A stretch of 43,578 nt of DNA, taken from a virus. Lineage: Duplodnaviria; Caudoviricetes. Of this stretch, positions 24,638-34,031 are shown piece by piece. Location of the stretch: the IMG/VR virus record IMGVR_UViG_3300048851_000038, positions 1 through 43,578 of that record; one strand, 5' to 3'. The first letter of the stretch is position 1; every line of letters starts with the position of its first letter. The position numbers and the translations under genes were made by a program. The notes beneath the pieces are model-generated. The model searched no databases. It was not told the origin of the DNA and saw nothing but the letters and a program-made list of their open reading frames with translations.

Positions 24638-26766
24638 CGTTTCCTGTTGAGTTCGGCCAGCCGCTGCCGCGCTGAGCGCGGGGCAGACGTCGCCGGTTCG
24701 GTGGTTGCGTTGGTCGCGGCCGGCTCATCCCCGGAGATCCGCACTGGTCGCGCCCAGATCGGGCGCAGGGTGTTCCATTTGATGTCCGCACGATCGGGGC
24801 GGAGCATCAGCCTGACCGCCTCCGCATAGCCGAAGAGATCGAGCGTCTCGTTCGGCCCGCGGCGTTCCCACGTGCCATCGATGAGCACCTCGCCGGTGAA
24901 TTCGGCGAACGTCGATCGGGGCAGGCCGTCGGCGAAGTAGCATTGTCCCGGGCCGCCATCGGCAACGGCCAGCCGCTCGACTGCCTGCGACTTCAGCTTG
25001 TACACGCCGAGGTCGAATTCCATCACCGTCGGCGCGACCGGGCGGCCCTCTTCGTCCACGCTGACGCGGCGCCCGGAGGTGGGCAACTCGGTGGCGGCAG
25101 GCGACTTCGCGCCCTTGATCAGGCGGACCCGCTCCCACCGGCTCGCGCCCTTGCCCCAGGCATAGCCGGCAACAGCCATGCGGCGGGCGAATTCACGGGC
25201 CTTCCACGTTACGTTGCCGTCGCCGCTGTCGATCGCCACCGCCGCAACGGGCAGCGCCATGTCGGGGTCGGATGCGAGCGGCAGCTTGCGGTTCAGCACC
25301 TCCGTCCGGATCAGGTTCCAGTCGTCTATGCGTTCGGCCGGGCGGATGTCGCGGAGCCGGCCATCGGGCCAGCGCCGCTGCTTGAGCGTCATGCGGTCGA
25401 TGAGCCAGGACCGACCCTCGAGATCCCAGCCCCAGAAGCCAACGTCGAACTTGGCGCCGCCGGGATCGACCGAGGCGGTGACGAACAATACGCCGTCCGG
25501 CACTGTGCCGACGGCGAAGCCTTCCGCGTCACCGGCGCGCTCGGCGAGCCGCTCGGGCGCAATATCGGCACCACCGGCGCCGCCGCCTTCATAGATCTCG
25601 CCCATTTCCTTGGACGTGACCTCGCGCAGCTTCTCCGGCTTGCGGGTCCGCTGGAAGTGCAGCTTCGCCGTCTCGTAGCTGCGCGCCAGCTCGCCCAGCT
25701 TCACGAACGGCGTCATGGTGCCGTGGATCCAGAGACCGACCGCTGTCATGCTGCGCGGCTCGCCGGTCACGTCGCCGGTTTCGGCGTCGATGGTCTGGCC
25801 TTCGAACACCAACTTGCGGTTGGCGAGCAGGTGCGCCTTGGCCGTGTCGTCGAGCAGCGAGCCGCAATGTGGACACAGCAGGCGCGCCGATCCCTTGACG
25901 CGGTCGAGATACTCGTCGTCGGTCACACCCTCGAGCCTGTCGTAGTGGAGGACCATGCGGTGCTTCGCCGGCGGGGCCGGGCTCGACCACCAGCGACATT
26001 CCGGACATTCCCACCACCAGATCGATCGGCAGGTTTCCTTGTAGGCGGCGCCGACACCGCTGTTCCAGCCTGCGTCAGGGTGGCTGCAGATGTATGCTTT
26101 CCGGCGCGAGCCGAGCGTCCGACCGCGGATCTTCACCTGATTGGCCATGGTGCCGCGCAGGCGAGGGCGCACCGTGTCGATCTCGTCGACGACGATGAAA
26201 CCGGCCTGGCGGTTGGTGATCGTGCTCGGATTGACCGGCAGGTAAGCGAGCCGGCGCCCGTTGATGCGCTTGAACGCCAGCTTGTTGTCACTGCGTCCCT
26301 TGCCGATCTTCGCTTTCAGATCAGGGTGGATCTCGAACATCGGCGTGACGACGTTGTCGACATAGGCGTCGACTTCGGAGCCGGCGCCCAGGTACCAGAG
26401 CACATCGACCAGCGGGCCGAACTTCATCAGCTTGAACAGGTAGTTCTCAGCCGCCACGGTTCCGCCGACGCGGCCCGGCTTGATCACCACCACCATCTCG
26501 ACGCGTGGGTCGTCGAGCAGATCCTGAATATCGTTGATGTACGGGGTGAGCGTGGGCGACCAATCGATCGTCCCTTTGCCCTCGGGGGCTGGCAGCTTCC
26601 GGAAGCGGGTCGCGCATTCCGTAGTGGAGATGCGTTCTGGCGGGGTCAGGAGGGTGAGCGATTCGCGCGCGATCTTGACGATATCGGCGCAGAACCCGTC
26701 CCGGCTCAGTCGGTCGAGATCCGATCTAAGCTCGGCCAAGCCCTCCATTGTTTCTCCAATTGGCAA
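24634..26766 (-). CDS. Terminase large subunit (gpA family)
   Basis: KPGRVGGT Walker A-like, IVVDEID Walker B, CPEC/CPHC, VTASVD and AIDSGDG nuclease motifs, NETLD near the C-terminus. Confidence 0.92.
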   Translation of the reverse strand: MPIGETMEGLAELRSDLDRLSRDGFCADIVKIARESLTLLTPPERISTTECATRFRKLPAPEGKGTIDWSPTLTPYINDIQDLLDDPRVEMVVVIKPGRVGGTVAAENYLFKLMKFGPLVDVLWYLGAGSEVDAYVDNVVTPMFEIHPDLKAKIGKGRSDNKLAFKRINGRRLAYLPVNPSTITNRQAGFIVVDEIDTVRPRLRGTMANQVKIRGRTLGSRRKAYICSHPDAGWNSGVGAAYKETCRSIWWWECPECRWWSSPAPPAKHRMVLHYDRLEGVTDDEYLDRVKGSARLLCPHCGSLLDDTAKAHLLANRKLVFEGQTIDAETGDVTGEPRSMTAVGLWIHGTMTPFVKLGELARSYETAKLHFQRTRKPEKLREVTSKEMGEIYEGGGAGGADIAPERLAERAGDAEGFAVGTVPDGVLFVTASVDPGGAKFDVGFWGWDLEGRSWLIDRMTLKQRRWPDGRLRDIRPAERIDDWNLIRTEVLNRKLPLASDPDMALPVAAVAIDSGDGNVTWKAREFARRMAVAGYAWGKGASRWERVRLIKGAKSPAATELPTSGRRVSVDEEGRPVAPTVMEFDLGVYKLKSQAVERLAVADGGPGQCYFADGLPRSTFAEFTGEVLIDGTWERRGPNETLDLFGYAEAVRLMLRPDRADIKWNTLRPIWARPVRISGDEPAATNATTEPATSAPRSARQRLAELNRKR

Positions 26767-27364
26767 GGTGCGCGTCGCAGCGATCGCGCACGGTGATCAG
26801 CACGGTGCGCAGCTCGTCCTCCACATCGGCGCGGTGCTCGGCTGGCCACATGCCGGCCGGATCGATCCTGGCGGTGATCGCCAGCGTCTCGGACTGCATC
26901 AGGCCCATGAGGTCGTTGAGCAGCGCGCCGACTAGGTCAGCGCGGATGTATTCGCCCTGCTCGCGCTTGAGCCGGTGCGTCATCAGCCGCGCCTCAGCGA
27001 TGGCCTTGGCACCTCGAGCCTCGGCGCCGAAATCGACCAGCGGCATCGATGCGTTTTCGGACATGCCGGCGAGGCGCGAAGCCTCGTTCGAGCGCTGCCC
27101 CTTCACGGTGGCGATCTTGCGACCCGACGCGATCAGGTGATCGAGCACTGCGACCAGGTCGAATTGCCATTTCGTGCCATGAGCGCCGCGCTGCGCGACC
27201 GGCAGCTTGGTGTCCTTTTCGGCCCAGCGTTCCAGCACCCGCCACGTGATCCCGGTCGCCTTCGCGAGGCCGGCAGCACTCACCATCGTGCCCGGCGCAG
27301 CGGCGGCGCGAGCGGGGGTCAACTGGTCGAGATAGGCGCTGGGGTCAGCGGCGACGCGGGGCAT
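26726..27364 (-). CDS. Terminase small subunit (Nu1-like)
   Basis: N-terminal winged-HTH-like segment (AGLAKATGITWRVLERW...LPV...WQFD) and helical C-terminus; upstream of terL. Confidence 0.75.
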   Translation of the reverse strand: MPRVAADPSAYLDQLTPARAAAAPGTMVSAAGLAKATGITWRVLERWAEKDTKLPVAQRGAHGTKWQFDLVAVLDHLIASGRKIATVKGQRSNEASRLAGMSENASMPLVDFGAEARGAKAIAEARLMTHRLKREQGEYIRADLVGALLNDLMGLMQSETLAITARIDPAGMWPAEHRADVEDELRTVLITVRDRCDAHLANWRNNGGLGRA

Positions 27365-27392
27365 GTCAGGAAAGCCGAAGTGCCGCAGTTAC

Positions 27393-27423
27393 AACAAAGC
27401 CCGGCAGCCGTTCGGCTCCGGGC
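27393..27423 (-). terminator. Putative terminator in the late leader (tR'-like)
   Basis: Minus strand GCCCGGAGCCGAACGGCTGCCGGGC-TTTGTT. Confidence 0.5.
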
Positions 27424-27444
27424 GCAATTCCACACAACGCATCC

Positions 27445-27473
27445 CCTATCGATTCTCCCTGTCGGGAAGTCAA
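27445..27473 (-). promoter_or_regulatory. Putative late promoter (pR'-like)
   Basis: TTGACT -35 box at 27468-27473 (minus strand) upstream of the hairpin and terS; the -10 match is weak. Confidence 0.4.
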
Positions 27474-27484
27474 CACGAAAATCA

Positions 27485-28150
27485 TCACAGCTGGCGGACC
27501 GGCAGCAGGTGCCCAATCGCGGCGTGCAGCGCGAACACGCCATGCCGGAACGTGGCGGAGGCATTGCGAAAGCCGATGCGCGCCTTGCGGGCGGCATCCT
27601 CGATCGTCTCGTTGTCGAGCACGACAAGGTCGACCACGGTACGGAACGGCAGCGGGATGCCGTCACGAGCAAGCCGGTAATCCTCCCATGCCTCCCAGCC
27701 GATCGCCGACTTGGGCAGGTGATCGCGGCGAGGCGAACCGCCGCGGATCACCGGCGTGTAGCTGCCGGCGGACACGGTGATGCCGAGGCCGGTCTCCTCC
27801 CACGCCTTGCGATACCAGGCACAGGCCGGGAACGTGTCGTCGTCGAGCACACCGCGGTTGTAGAGCTGGATCAGGCGATCGGGGATGACGCGTTTCATCG
27901 CCTTGCTGTCGCGCACCGTGCCGTCCCGGCCCTCAACCGTGAACGGGCGGTATTCGGCCTTGGTCAGCTGTTCGGGCGTCGGGCCGTCCGAGGCGTCGGT
28001 CAGGTTGACGAACACGCCCTCCTCAACCTCGATCTGGGCCGCCACACGGCGCTCGTCAGCCTTCGCATCGGTCCGATCGCGTTTGAGCAAACCCGCCACG
28101 CGCCGCTTCTCACGCTCTCGCGCCGCAGTGATCTTTTCCCCCCGGTTCAT
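27485..28150 (-). CDS. Putative late transcription regulator/antiterminator
   Basis: C-terminal HTH-like segment (VVDLVVLDNETIEDAARKARI...FRHGVFAL); position equivalent to lambda Q. Confidence 0.6.
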   Translation of the reverse strand: MNRGEKITAAREREKRRVAGLLKRDRTDAKADERRVAAQIEVEEGVFVNLTDASDGPTPEQLTKAEYRPFTVEGRDGTVRDSKAMKRVIPDRLIQLYNRGVLDDDTFPACAWYRKAWEETGLGITVSAGSYTPVIRGGSPRRDHLPKSAIGWEAWEDYRLARDGIPLPFRTVVDLVVLDNETIEDAARKARIGFRNASATFRHGVFALHAAIGHLLPVRQL

Positions 28151-28362
28151 GACTTGCTCGCGCCTCCCTTGCGCTTCCCGTAGAGTTTCTCAGCGAGCAG
28201 TTCGGCCTGTGCTCGATCAGTCCAGCTGGTCAGCCATTCCGGGTTGATCAGGACGATGCCGGTGTTGAGCCAGGCCGACCGGGCGGCCCTGAAAGCCGCG
28301 TCGGGATCTGGCTCGTGGTTGAGGTGGGCGAACCGGCCCAGCGATGATCCAAGCCGGCTCAT
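28147..28362 (-). CDS. Hypothetical protein
   Basis: ATG at 28362 (MSRLGSSLGRF...), coupled by 4-nt overlaps on both sides. Confidence 0.6.
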   Translation of the reverse strand: MSRLGSSLGRFAHLNHEPDPDAAFRAARSAWLNTGIVLINPEWLTSWTDRAQAELLAEKLYGKRKGGASKS

Positions 28363-29111
28363 TGCGTCGTCATCCGCTGACTGATCCGGTTCAGGCGGGC
28401 GATCTCCGCCGCATCGGCCGCGACCTTCTCGCGCACCGCGGCATCGAACAGTTTCAGCTTGAACGGCGCTCGACCGCTCCGCTGCATCTCGCTCTCTGCG
28501 ACGCGCTGGACGACCGGGATGATATCCCGCTCGAGCCTCACGTCGGGCAGCGCCAGCCACTCCCGGAGCAGGTATGCGTCCGAGGGTGGTGAGACGAACC
28601 GTCCAGCCTTCATCACCGCCGCGAGATCCGGAGGAGGTCCGTCTCTTGGGGGTAGGGGGCTTTCTGGCTTCTGGCTTCTGGCTTCTGGGGCCGGACTTTT
28701 GCCGGAGCCGTTGCCGGCGTTTTGCTGCGGCAAATCTGAATTCCTGTTTGTTTTCAGATTTGTAGCAGCAGCCCCTTTCGCGCCTGCTTTCGCTCTTTTT
28801 TTCGAAAGTTCGGCGTCTTTTCGCAGCCTACGGTTGTAGATGACGCCTGCCCTGGTGCGCGAATAAACCCCTCTCCGTTCCAGTTCCTCAGCGAGGGCAG
28901 CTACCGTCTCCTCAGGCTGCCCGACGTAAATCGCCAGGTCAGCCATGGTGCACGGCTCGCTGCCCACCCTGAGTTCGCCTTTCGGGGTGGCCTTCGCCAT
29001 CAGGCACAGCATACGCATCCACAGCCCTTGTGCGGCTAGGCTGCTCATACGGAGGCCGGGATCGGCCTCGTAATCGGTCCAGAACCATTTGGACCAAGGT
29101 TCGGCCGTCAT
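28359..29111 (-). CDS. Phage replication initiator (YdaU/DUF1376-like N-terminus)
   Basis: MTAEPWSKWFWTDYEADPGLRMSSLAAQGLWMRMLCLM N-terminus, central low-complexity linker (PEARSQKPE), adjacent to DnaB. Confidence 0.75.
   Translation of the reverse strand: MTAEPWSKWFWTDYEADPGLRMSSLAAQGLWMRMLCLMAKATPKGELRVGSEPCTMADLAIYVGQPEETVAALAEELERRGVYSRTRAGVIYNRRLRKDAELSKKRAKAGAKGAAATNLKTNRNSDLPQQNAGNGSGKSPAPEARSQKPESPLPPRDGPPPDLAAVMKAGRFVSPPSDAYLLREWLALPDVRLERDIIPVVQRVAESEMQRSGRAPFKLKLFDAAVREKVAADAAEIARLNRISQRMTTQ
28660..28830. promoter_or_regulatory. Putative phage replication origin within the initiator gene
   Basis: Local AT-rich stretch, tandem GCTTCTG repeats and several TTTGC/TTGCCG motifs in the linker-coding region. 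Confidence 0.4.
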
Positions 29112-30550
29112 CAGCGGCGGCCCGAAGAGAAGAACGAGGATCCGCGCACAGCCTGGTGCGAGGCGAAGAAGTAGCAGTTGCGCCGGCCGATGCGGCCCTT
29201 GCGCACCTTGGCGCTGATCAGCTCCACCCGGTCGCGGCACGCGTCCATGGCGGTCTCCCAAGCGGCGCGCTTGCGGTCGTCGTGCTGGTCGGGCTCGCTG
29301 CGCTCGAGGTAATACTGCTCGCGGTACACGAACAGCACCGTGTCGGCGTCCTGCTCGATCTCGCCGCTGTCGCGCAGGTCGGAGAGCTGGGGGCGCTTGT
29401 CCTCCCGCTTCTCGACCTCGCGGTTGAGCTGGGCGAGCAGCACGATCGCGACGTTGAGCTCGCGGGCCAGCGTCTTGATGGTGCGGCTGACCTCGCTGAC
29501 CTCCTCGTACCGCTTCTGCTTGTTGCCGTCGCCGCGGACGAGACCGAGGTAATCGATGAACACGACATCGAGCGTCTTGCCCTTGCCGTGCATCTGCCGG
29601 CGGTACCGGCGGATCATCATGGCGAGGCGGCCGATGCGCAGCCCGGCGTCCTCGTGGAGGATCAACGGCCAACTGGCGATCTGTCGGCGGATCTCGGCGA
29701 TGCGGTCCTGGTCGAAAGCGGTGAACTTGCCGCGCTGGACATGGTCGTAGCTGGCGGACTGGCCATATTCGAAGATGGTGTCGGTGATCGCGCGCTTCGT
29801 CAGCTCGGCGACCGACATCTCGAGGCTGACAAACAGGGTGCCATGACCGCCGCGCGCCGCGGCGAGCGCGGCAGAGAGGCCGACCGCCGTTTTGCCCATG
29901 CTGGGACGGCCGGCGAGAATCACCACCTCACCGCGGCGCATGGTGCCGGTCAGCTCGTTCCAGTCGTCCAGCCCGTGCACCTTCAGGCCGGTCGGCGCAT
30001 CGCCGCGGGCCTCGGCGTCGATCTCCTTCAACGTGTTGTCGAAGGCGCGATCGAAGGAGACCCCCTTGGACACGTGATCGCGTTGCAGCGCCTCCGTCAT
30101 CGCTTCGTCGATCGTGTCGACCAGCGCCTCGATCGGGGTGCCGATCCGTGCGCTGTCGCGGCTGGCGTCGATCAATTCGCTGAGACGCATCATGAGACGA
30201 CGGCGCTTGCTCAGATCGGCGATCTGCTTGGCGAAGTCGGTGGTGCCGATCAGGCCGGCACCGGAGCCGGTCAGCCGCGCCAGATACGACGGGCCACCAA
30301 GCTCGGTCAGACCTGCGTCGTGCTCGAGCAGCGGGCGGAGCAGGATCGGATTCGCGGGGCGGCCGGCCGTCACCTCCGACACGATCGCGGCGTAGATGCG
30401 TCCGTGGGTCGCCTCGTAGAAGTCGTCCTGCGTCAGCAGGTCGGCGACCCGGTCGACACCACGGTTGTCGATCATCAGCGCGCCGAGCAGCGCCGCCTCA
30501 GTCTCGACGTTACGGGGTGGCCCTTGATCAGCCTGTGAGGGCGCGGACAT
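29111..30550 (-). CDS. dnaB: Replicative DNA helicase, DnaB family
   Basis: ETEAALLGALM, AGRPSMGKT, SLEMS, IDYLGL, AQLNREVEKREDKRPQLSDLRDSGEIEQDAD. Confidence 0.95.
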   Translation of the reverse strand: MSAPSQADQGPPRNVETEAALLGALMIDNRGVDRVADLLTQDDFYEATHGRIYAAIVSEVTAGRPANPILLRPLLEHDAGLTELGGPSYLARLTGSGAGLIGTTDFAKQIADLSKRRRLMMRLSELIDASRDSARIGTPIEALVDTIDEAMTEALQRDHVSKGVSFDRAFDNTLKEIDAEARGDAPTGLKVHGLDDWNELTGTMRRGEVVILAGRPSMGKTAVGLSAALAAARGGHGTLFVSLEMSVAELTKRAITDTIFEYGQSASYDHVQRGKFTAFDQDRIAEIRRQIASWPLILHEDAGLRIGRLAMMIRRYRRQMHGKGKTLDVVFIDYLGLVRGDGNKQKRYEEVSEVSRTIKTLARELNVAIVLLAQLNREVEKREDKRPQLSDLRDSGEIEQDADTVLFVYREQYYLERSEPDQHDDRKRAAWETAMDACRDRVELISAKVRKGRIGRRNCYFFASHQAVRGSSFFSSGRR

Positions 30551-30732
30551 CAGCATTTGCGCTCCGAGGCGAGGAAGGCGTCGCGCCAGGCAGACCAGCT
30601 GCGGGCGATGTCCTGATTGTGGGCGAGATTGGCGAGCAGCTCGGGGTCAGCCTGCATCTGGTGAACCAGCGCGCAGTAGCGACACCACAAGTCATCGACG
30701 GTCAGCCGAGTGGGGAGGGCGACGACGTTCAT
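30550..30732 (-). CDS. Small hypothetical protein
   Basis: ATG at 30732 (MNVVALPTRL...), coupled to both neighbours. Confidence 0.55.
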   Translation of the reverse strand: MNVVALPTRLTVDDLWCRYCALVHQMQADPELLANLAHNQDIARSWSAWRDAFLASERKC

Positions 30733-31277
30733 GGCAGCGCCAGCATGGGGCGGAGCACCTCGTTGGCGCGCCACGGCGGCGTGATGTCGAGCGTTTCACA
30801 GGCATAATCGAGGATGCCGATTGCCTCGGCTTCATCGTGCTTGCGCGGCTTGAAGCCGAGCTGCCGGCACCGCACCATCGCATAGTCCTTCAGCTGCGCG
30901 GATTTGGTTGCGCGCGGCATTTTGCCAAGGAAGCTTCGCCGCCAGGAGGATTGGTTGACGGCGCGGATGATCCGACACTGCATCACCGTACCCCACGACT
31001 CCGCGTGCATGGCGAGGCCGTTCAGGACCTTGATCGTCTCGGCGTTCGTCATGCCCGCATGCGGGCCGGGGTTGAGCGGCTCCTCGTAGAAGATCGCGTC
31101 GATCGCACCCAGCGACGCGAGGCCGGACATCTCTTCGTGGAGATTGCAGAATGTCCGCCCCATGCTCGTGTACTCGCTGCCGAGCACCCAAACCCCGGAT
31201 GTCACGACAGCATCATCCTCGCCCCAGCAGCCGTAACCTGCGGAGCGCTTGCTCAGATCTAGGGCGAGGATGCGCAT
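30729..31277 (-). CDS. RuvC-like Holliday junction resolvase
   Basis: MRILALDLS..GYG, IFYEEP, SWRRSFLG, HDEAEAIGI acidic catalytic motifs of the RNase H/RuvC fold. Confidence 0.8.
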   Translation of the reverse strand: MRILALDLSKRSAGYGCWGEDDAVVTSGVWVLGSEYTSMGRTFCNLHEEMSGLASLGAIDAIFYEEPLNPGPHAGMTNAETIKVLNGLAMHAESWGTVMQCRIIRAVNQSSWRRSFLGKMPRATKSAQLKDYAMVRCRQLGFKPRKHDEAEAIGILDYACETLDITPPWRANEVLRPMLALP

Positions 31278-31282
31278 CGGCG

Positions 31283-31954
31283 TTACTCCGCCGCTTCCTG
31301 GTGCTGACCATCGGCGATGCCGTCCGCGGCGTCGACCAGATCCTGATCTCCCGCAGGTCCGTTTGGCACGGTTGCGAGACGCGGGCGCGATCGCTTCCCC
31401 GTGGGCACGACGTTGTCGGTCGTCGTTCCCTTGCCCTCTGCCACGTCGATCAGGTCGACGGGCATGAAGATATTCAGCTCTTTCAGGAGGCCGTTGAACG
31501 AGCGCAAGAAGTCGTCGCGCTTGCTCTCTTCCATGTCGTCGAGCTTGAACGCCAGTTTCGCAGCTTGCGGCTGAATGTTCGCCTGTTTCTTTATCGCCTT
31601 GTATGCGGTGGACTGCTCCTGCGCGAACTCGCCGATCTTGGCTTGAGCCGGTTTGATGTCTTGGCGGTACAACCTGACCGCGAGTGCGAAGTCGGGTGCA
31701 TGCACCTCTTCGATCACGGCCTGTTTCTTCGGGCGCGCCATCTCGTCTTCCTTCTGCTGGGGTGCCGCGACCGGCGCGGCGGTGGGGAGAGGCTCGTAGG
31801 CCTCAGGGGGTGGGGGGTTGCGCAGGTCCTCTGCGTCCAGCAGGCGTGCCTCGCCGATCGAGATCCCCGCGTCGGCGGCTGCCGTCATCAGAGTGGCACC
31901 GTCACGCCGCGCGATCCGATACGCGCGCTGCTGGACTGAACCGCCGACGTTCAT
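31283..31954 (-). CDS. Hypothetical protein with a distant GapR/DUF2312-like helical domain
   Basis: AQEQSTAYKAIKKQANIQPQAAKLAFKLDDMEESKRDDFLRSFNGLLKELNI follows the GapR helix pattern; a second start is possible at MARPKK. Confidence 0.5.
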   Translation of the reverse strand: MNVGGSVQQRAYRIARRDGATLMTAAADAGISIGEARLLDAEDLRNPPPPEAYEPLPTAAPVAAPQQKEDEMARPKKQAVIEEVHAPDFALAVRLYRQDIKPAQAKIGEFAQEQSTAYKAIKKQANIQPQAAKLAFKLDDMEESKRDDFLRSFNGLLKELNIFMPVDLIDVAEGKGTTTDNVVPTGKRSRPRLATVPNGPAGDQDLVDAADGIADGQHQEAAE

Positions 31955-32787
31955 GCGCCGATCGCCTGGCGGATTTGGGCCAGCCGAGCCTCGGACGATT
32001 CCAGCTGCTCGGTGAGGGTCGCGATCGTGGCGTTGGCTGTGGACAGTTCCGCACTGACGTCCGGCACGGCAGCGCGCGCGACGAGTTCGTCGACCATCTT
32101 ATGGATAGTGTCGGCGATCTCGTCATCGGTGCCGACCCATCCCATCGAAGACGGTGGCGCCTCTGCAATCACGGCGTCGATCGGCGCAGCAAGCATGGCG
32201 GTGCGACGATCGACCGCCTGCCCGATCAGGTCGAGCGCCGCGCGGCCAAGGCTTACGGCGTGCGCGGTCGCGTAAGCAGCGATGGCCGTGAACAGCTCGC
32301 CCTGCGGCTTGATGTTGATCTGCTTGGGCGAGGCGTAATCAGGCGCCGATTCGAGCGCGGGGTCTGGCTGCGGCATGGGCGGTTCCTTCGTTTCACGGGC
32401 CGGCGGGGAGGGCTGCTCGGCGGACGCCAGGATGGTCCTCGCCGCTGACGCGGGCGGGCGCCTGTTCACGATCGCGGCGATGCGCGCGGCAGCTTCGTCC
32501 TCGTCGATCTCGAGCAGCGGCTTGGTCACCGATCGGGTCGGACGCGCTACGGGGAGCGGCGCGCTTGCCTTCCGGCCCAGCGTGATCACTCGGGTCTCGC
32601 CGAAACCTTTGATCGAAATGCGGCCAGCGTCGGAAAGCGCCGCGAGCAGGGTGCGGGCGCTCTCCAACGATGTGAGCTGGAAGCGGCTGCAGATCTCGTC
32701 GTCGCCGGGCAGGGCAGCGCCTGTGTCGAGGCACTGCTCGATCCAGTCGAACATGCGATCTTGGGTGAGGCGGGCGTGTGCCATCAT
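31951..32787 (-). CDS. Hypothetical protein with N-terminal winged-HTH and C-terminal coiled coil
   Basis: LPGDDEICSRFQLTSLESARTLLAALSDAGRISI is LexA/wHTH-like. Confidence 0.6.
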   Translation of the reverse strand: MMAHARLTQDRMFDWIEQCLDTGAALPGDDEICSRFQLTSLESARTLLAALSDAGRISIKGFGETRVITLGRKASAPLPVARPTRSVTKPLLEIDEDEAAARIAAIVNRRPPASAARTILASAEQPSPPARETKEPPMPQPDPALESAPDYASPKQINIKPQGELFTAIAAYATAHAVSLGRAALDLIGQAVDRRTAMLAAPIDAVIAEAPPSSMGWVGTDDEIADTIHKMVDELVARAAVPDVSAELSTANATIATLTEQLESSEARLAQIRQAIGA

Positions 32788-34031
32788 GCGACTGCTCCGA
32801 ACAATGGGCCGGCAGAGGGCGGGGTTGGCTCGCGGCCTCGCACGGGATGGATGGAAAGGTCAGCGACGGTGCTCTTGAAGCGCCGCGCGATGTCCTCGGC
32901 GTAGGCGTCGCTCCGCTCGATCAGCAGCGCCTGCATGCCCTCGGCGATAGCCGCGGCGCCAGTCGTGCCGGTGCCGGCGAAGGGGTCCAGGACGAGACCG
33001 CCGGGCGGGCAGATCAGACGGGCGAGCCAGCGCATCAGCGAGATCGGTTTCACCGTCGGATGCTCCGAACCGGCACGGTCCTCGGCGGTGGCTTTGGCGC
33101 AGTAGAAGAAGCGGGATGCATTCCCCGCGTCGGCATAGCCGATCATCTGGGTGCCGGCGGGGCGGCTTTCTGCACCGAGGGCAGAGCCGCGATTGCCGTC
33201 GACATCGGCGCCACTGGCCCGCTTTACCGCCGCTGCGCCCGATGCCGTTCGCGGAAAGGCAGCAAGAACCTCGTCGCTGCCATCATGCAGGACGTTGGCA
33301 GGCCACCGGCCAAGTTCGCGGGCGCGCTCGACGCCGGCATTCAGCCGCTCCTGGTGGGCTGCTACGGCTGCGGGATCTTCCATCCACGGCCGGCGCCATC
33401 CTTCATTGTGGGTGTCGGGGCGAACGCCGTTTCGGTTCTGGCCACCGCCATCGAACTTCTCGGCGCCGATTGGCACGCGGCATCCGTCGATGTTGATGGC
33501 GCCGGTGCCGAACTGCGAGACGTTCTCGGGAACGCTGCCGATCAGCGGCTTGCGTGCGAAGGCGATCGGCTCCCATGCGGGCTTGAGGGCGGTGCCCCAG
33601 CCGTCGTGCTCGCCAGCAAGGTTGTGCGATTTCGGAAAGCCGGTGCCGTAGAGCCAGCCAAGCTGGTCGCGGATCTCGAACCCGGCGTCCTCGATCGCAG
33701 TTGCCATTCGGTAATACGTTCGCGTGCCGCCAAAAGCGACCAGATGCGCGCCGGGCCGCATAACTGCGAACACCTTCCGCCATGTGTCAGCGCGGAACGC
33801 GACGTCGCCGCCGTCCCATTGCTGGCCCATGAAGCCGCTGCTCGAACGGGCGTACACGCCGGTCGCGCCTGACTGGATCGGTGCAGCGTCGGGACTGCCG
33901 AGCCGTGAGACGATCGACGCGAGGTGGTAGGGTGGATCGGTAACGACAGCATCGACGCGCACGCCATCCTCGGCAAGCCGGGGCAGGGCGTCGAGGCAGT
34001 CGCCGTGGATCAGCTGGACGCCAGTGCTCAC
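32784..34031 (-). CDS. Orphan DNA methyltransferase (N6-A/N4-C, beta-class order)
   Basis: HGDCL, VTDPPY, HPTVKP, VLDPFAGTGTT motifs; likely GTG start at 34031. Confidence 0.92.
   Translation of the reverse strand: MSTGVQLIHGDCLDALPRLAEDGVRVDAVVTDPPYHLASIVSRLGSPDAAPIQSGATGVYARSSSGFMGQQWDGGDVAFRADTWRKVFAVMRPGAHLVAFGGTRTYYRMATAIEDAGFEIRDQLGWLYGTGFPKSHNLAGEHDGWGTALKPAWEPIAFARKPLIGSVPENVSQFGTGAINIDGCRVPIGAEKFDGGGQNRNGVRPDTHNEGWRRPWMEDPAAVAAHQERLNAGVERARELGRWPANVLHDGSDEVLAAFPRTASGAAAVKRASGADVDGNRGSALGAESRPAGTQMIGYADAGNASRFFYCAKATAEDRAGSEHPTVKPISLMRWLARLICPPGGLVLDPFAGTGTTGAAAIAEGMQALLIERSDAYAEDIARRFKSTVADLSIHPVRGREPTPPSAGPLFGAVA

Noticed and set aside
24390-24791. N-terminal extension of the portal ORF (similar extensions in the initiator, methyltransferase, chaperone and MucR ORFs)
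   Set aside because: These extensions overlap real upstream genes and are Arg-rich nonsense; downstream coupled starts fit better.
21358-26796. Long + strand ORFs (458, 496, 617 aa)
   Set aside because: Antisense shadows of the protease, portal and terminase genes caused by GC3 codon bias.
29030-30538. 502-aa + strand ORF
   Set aside because: Antisense to the unambiguous DnaB gene.
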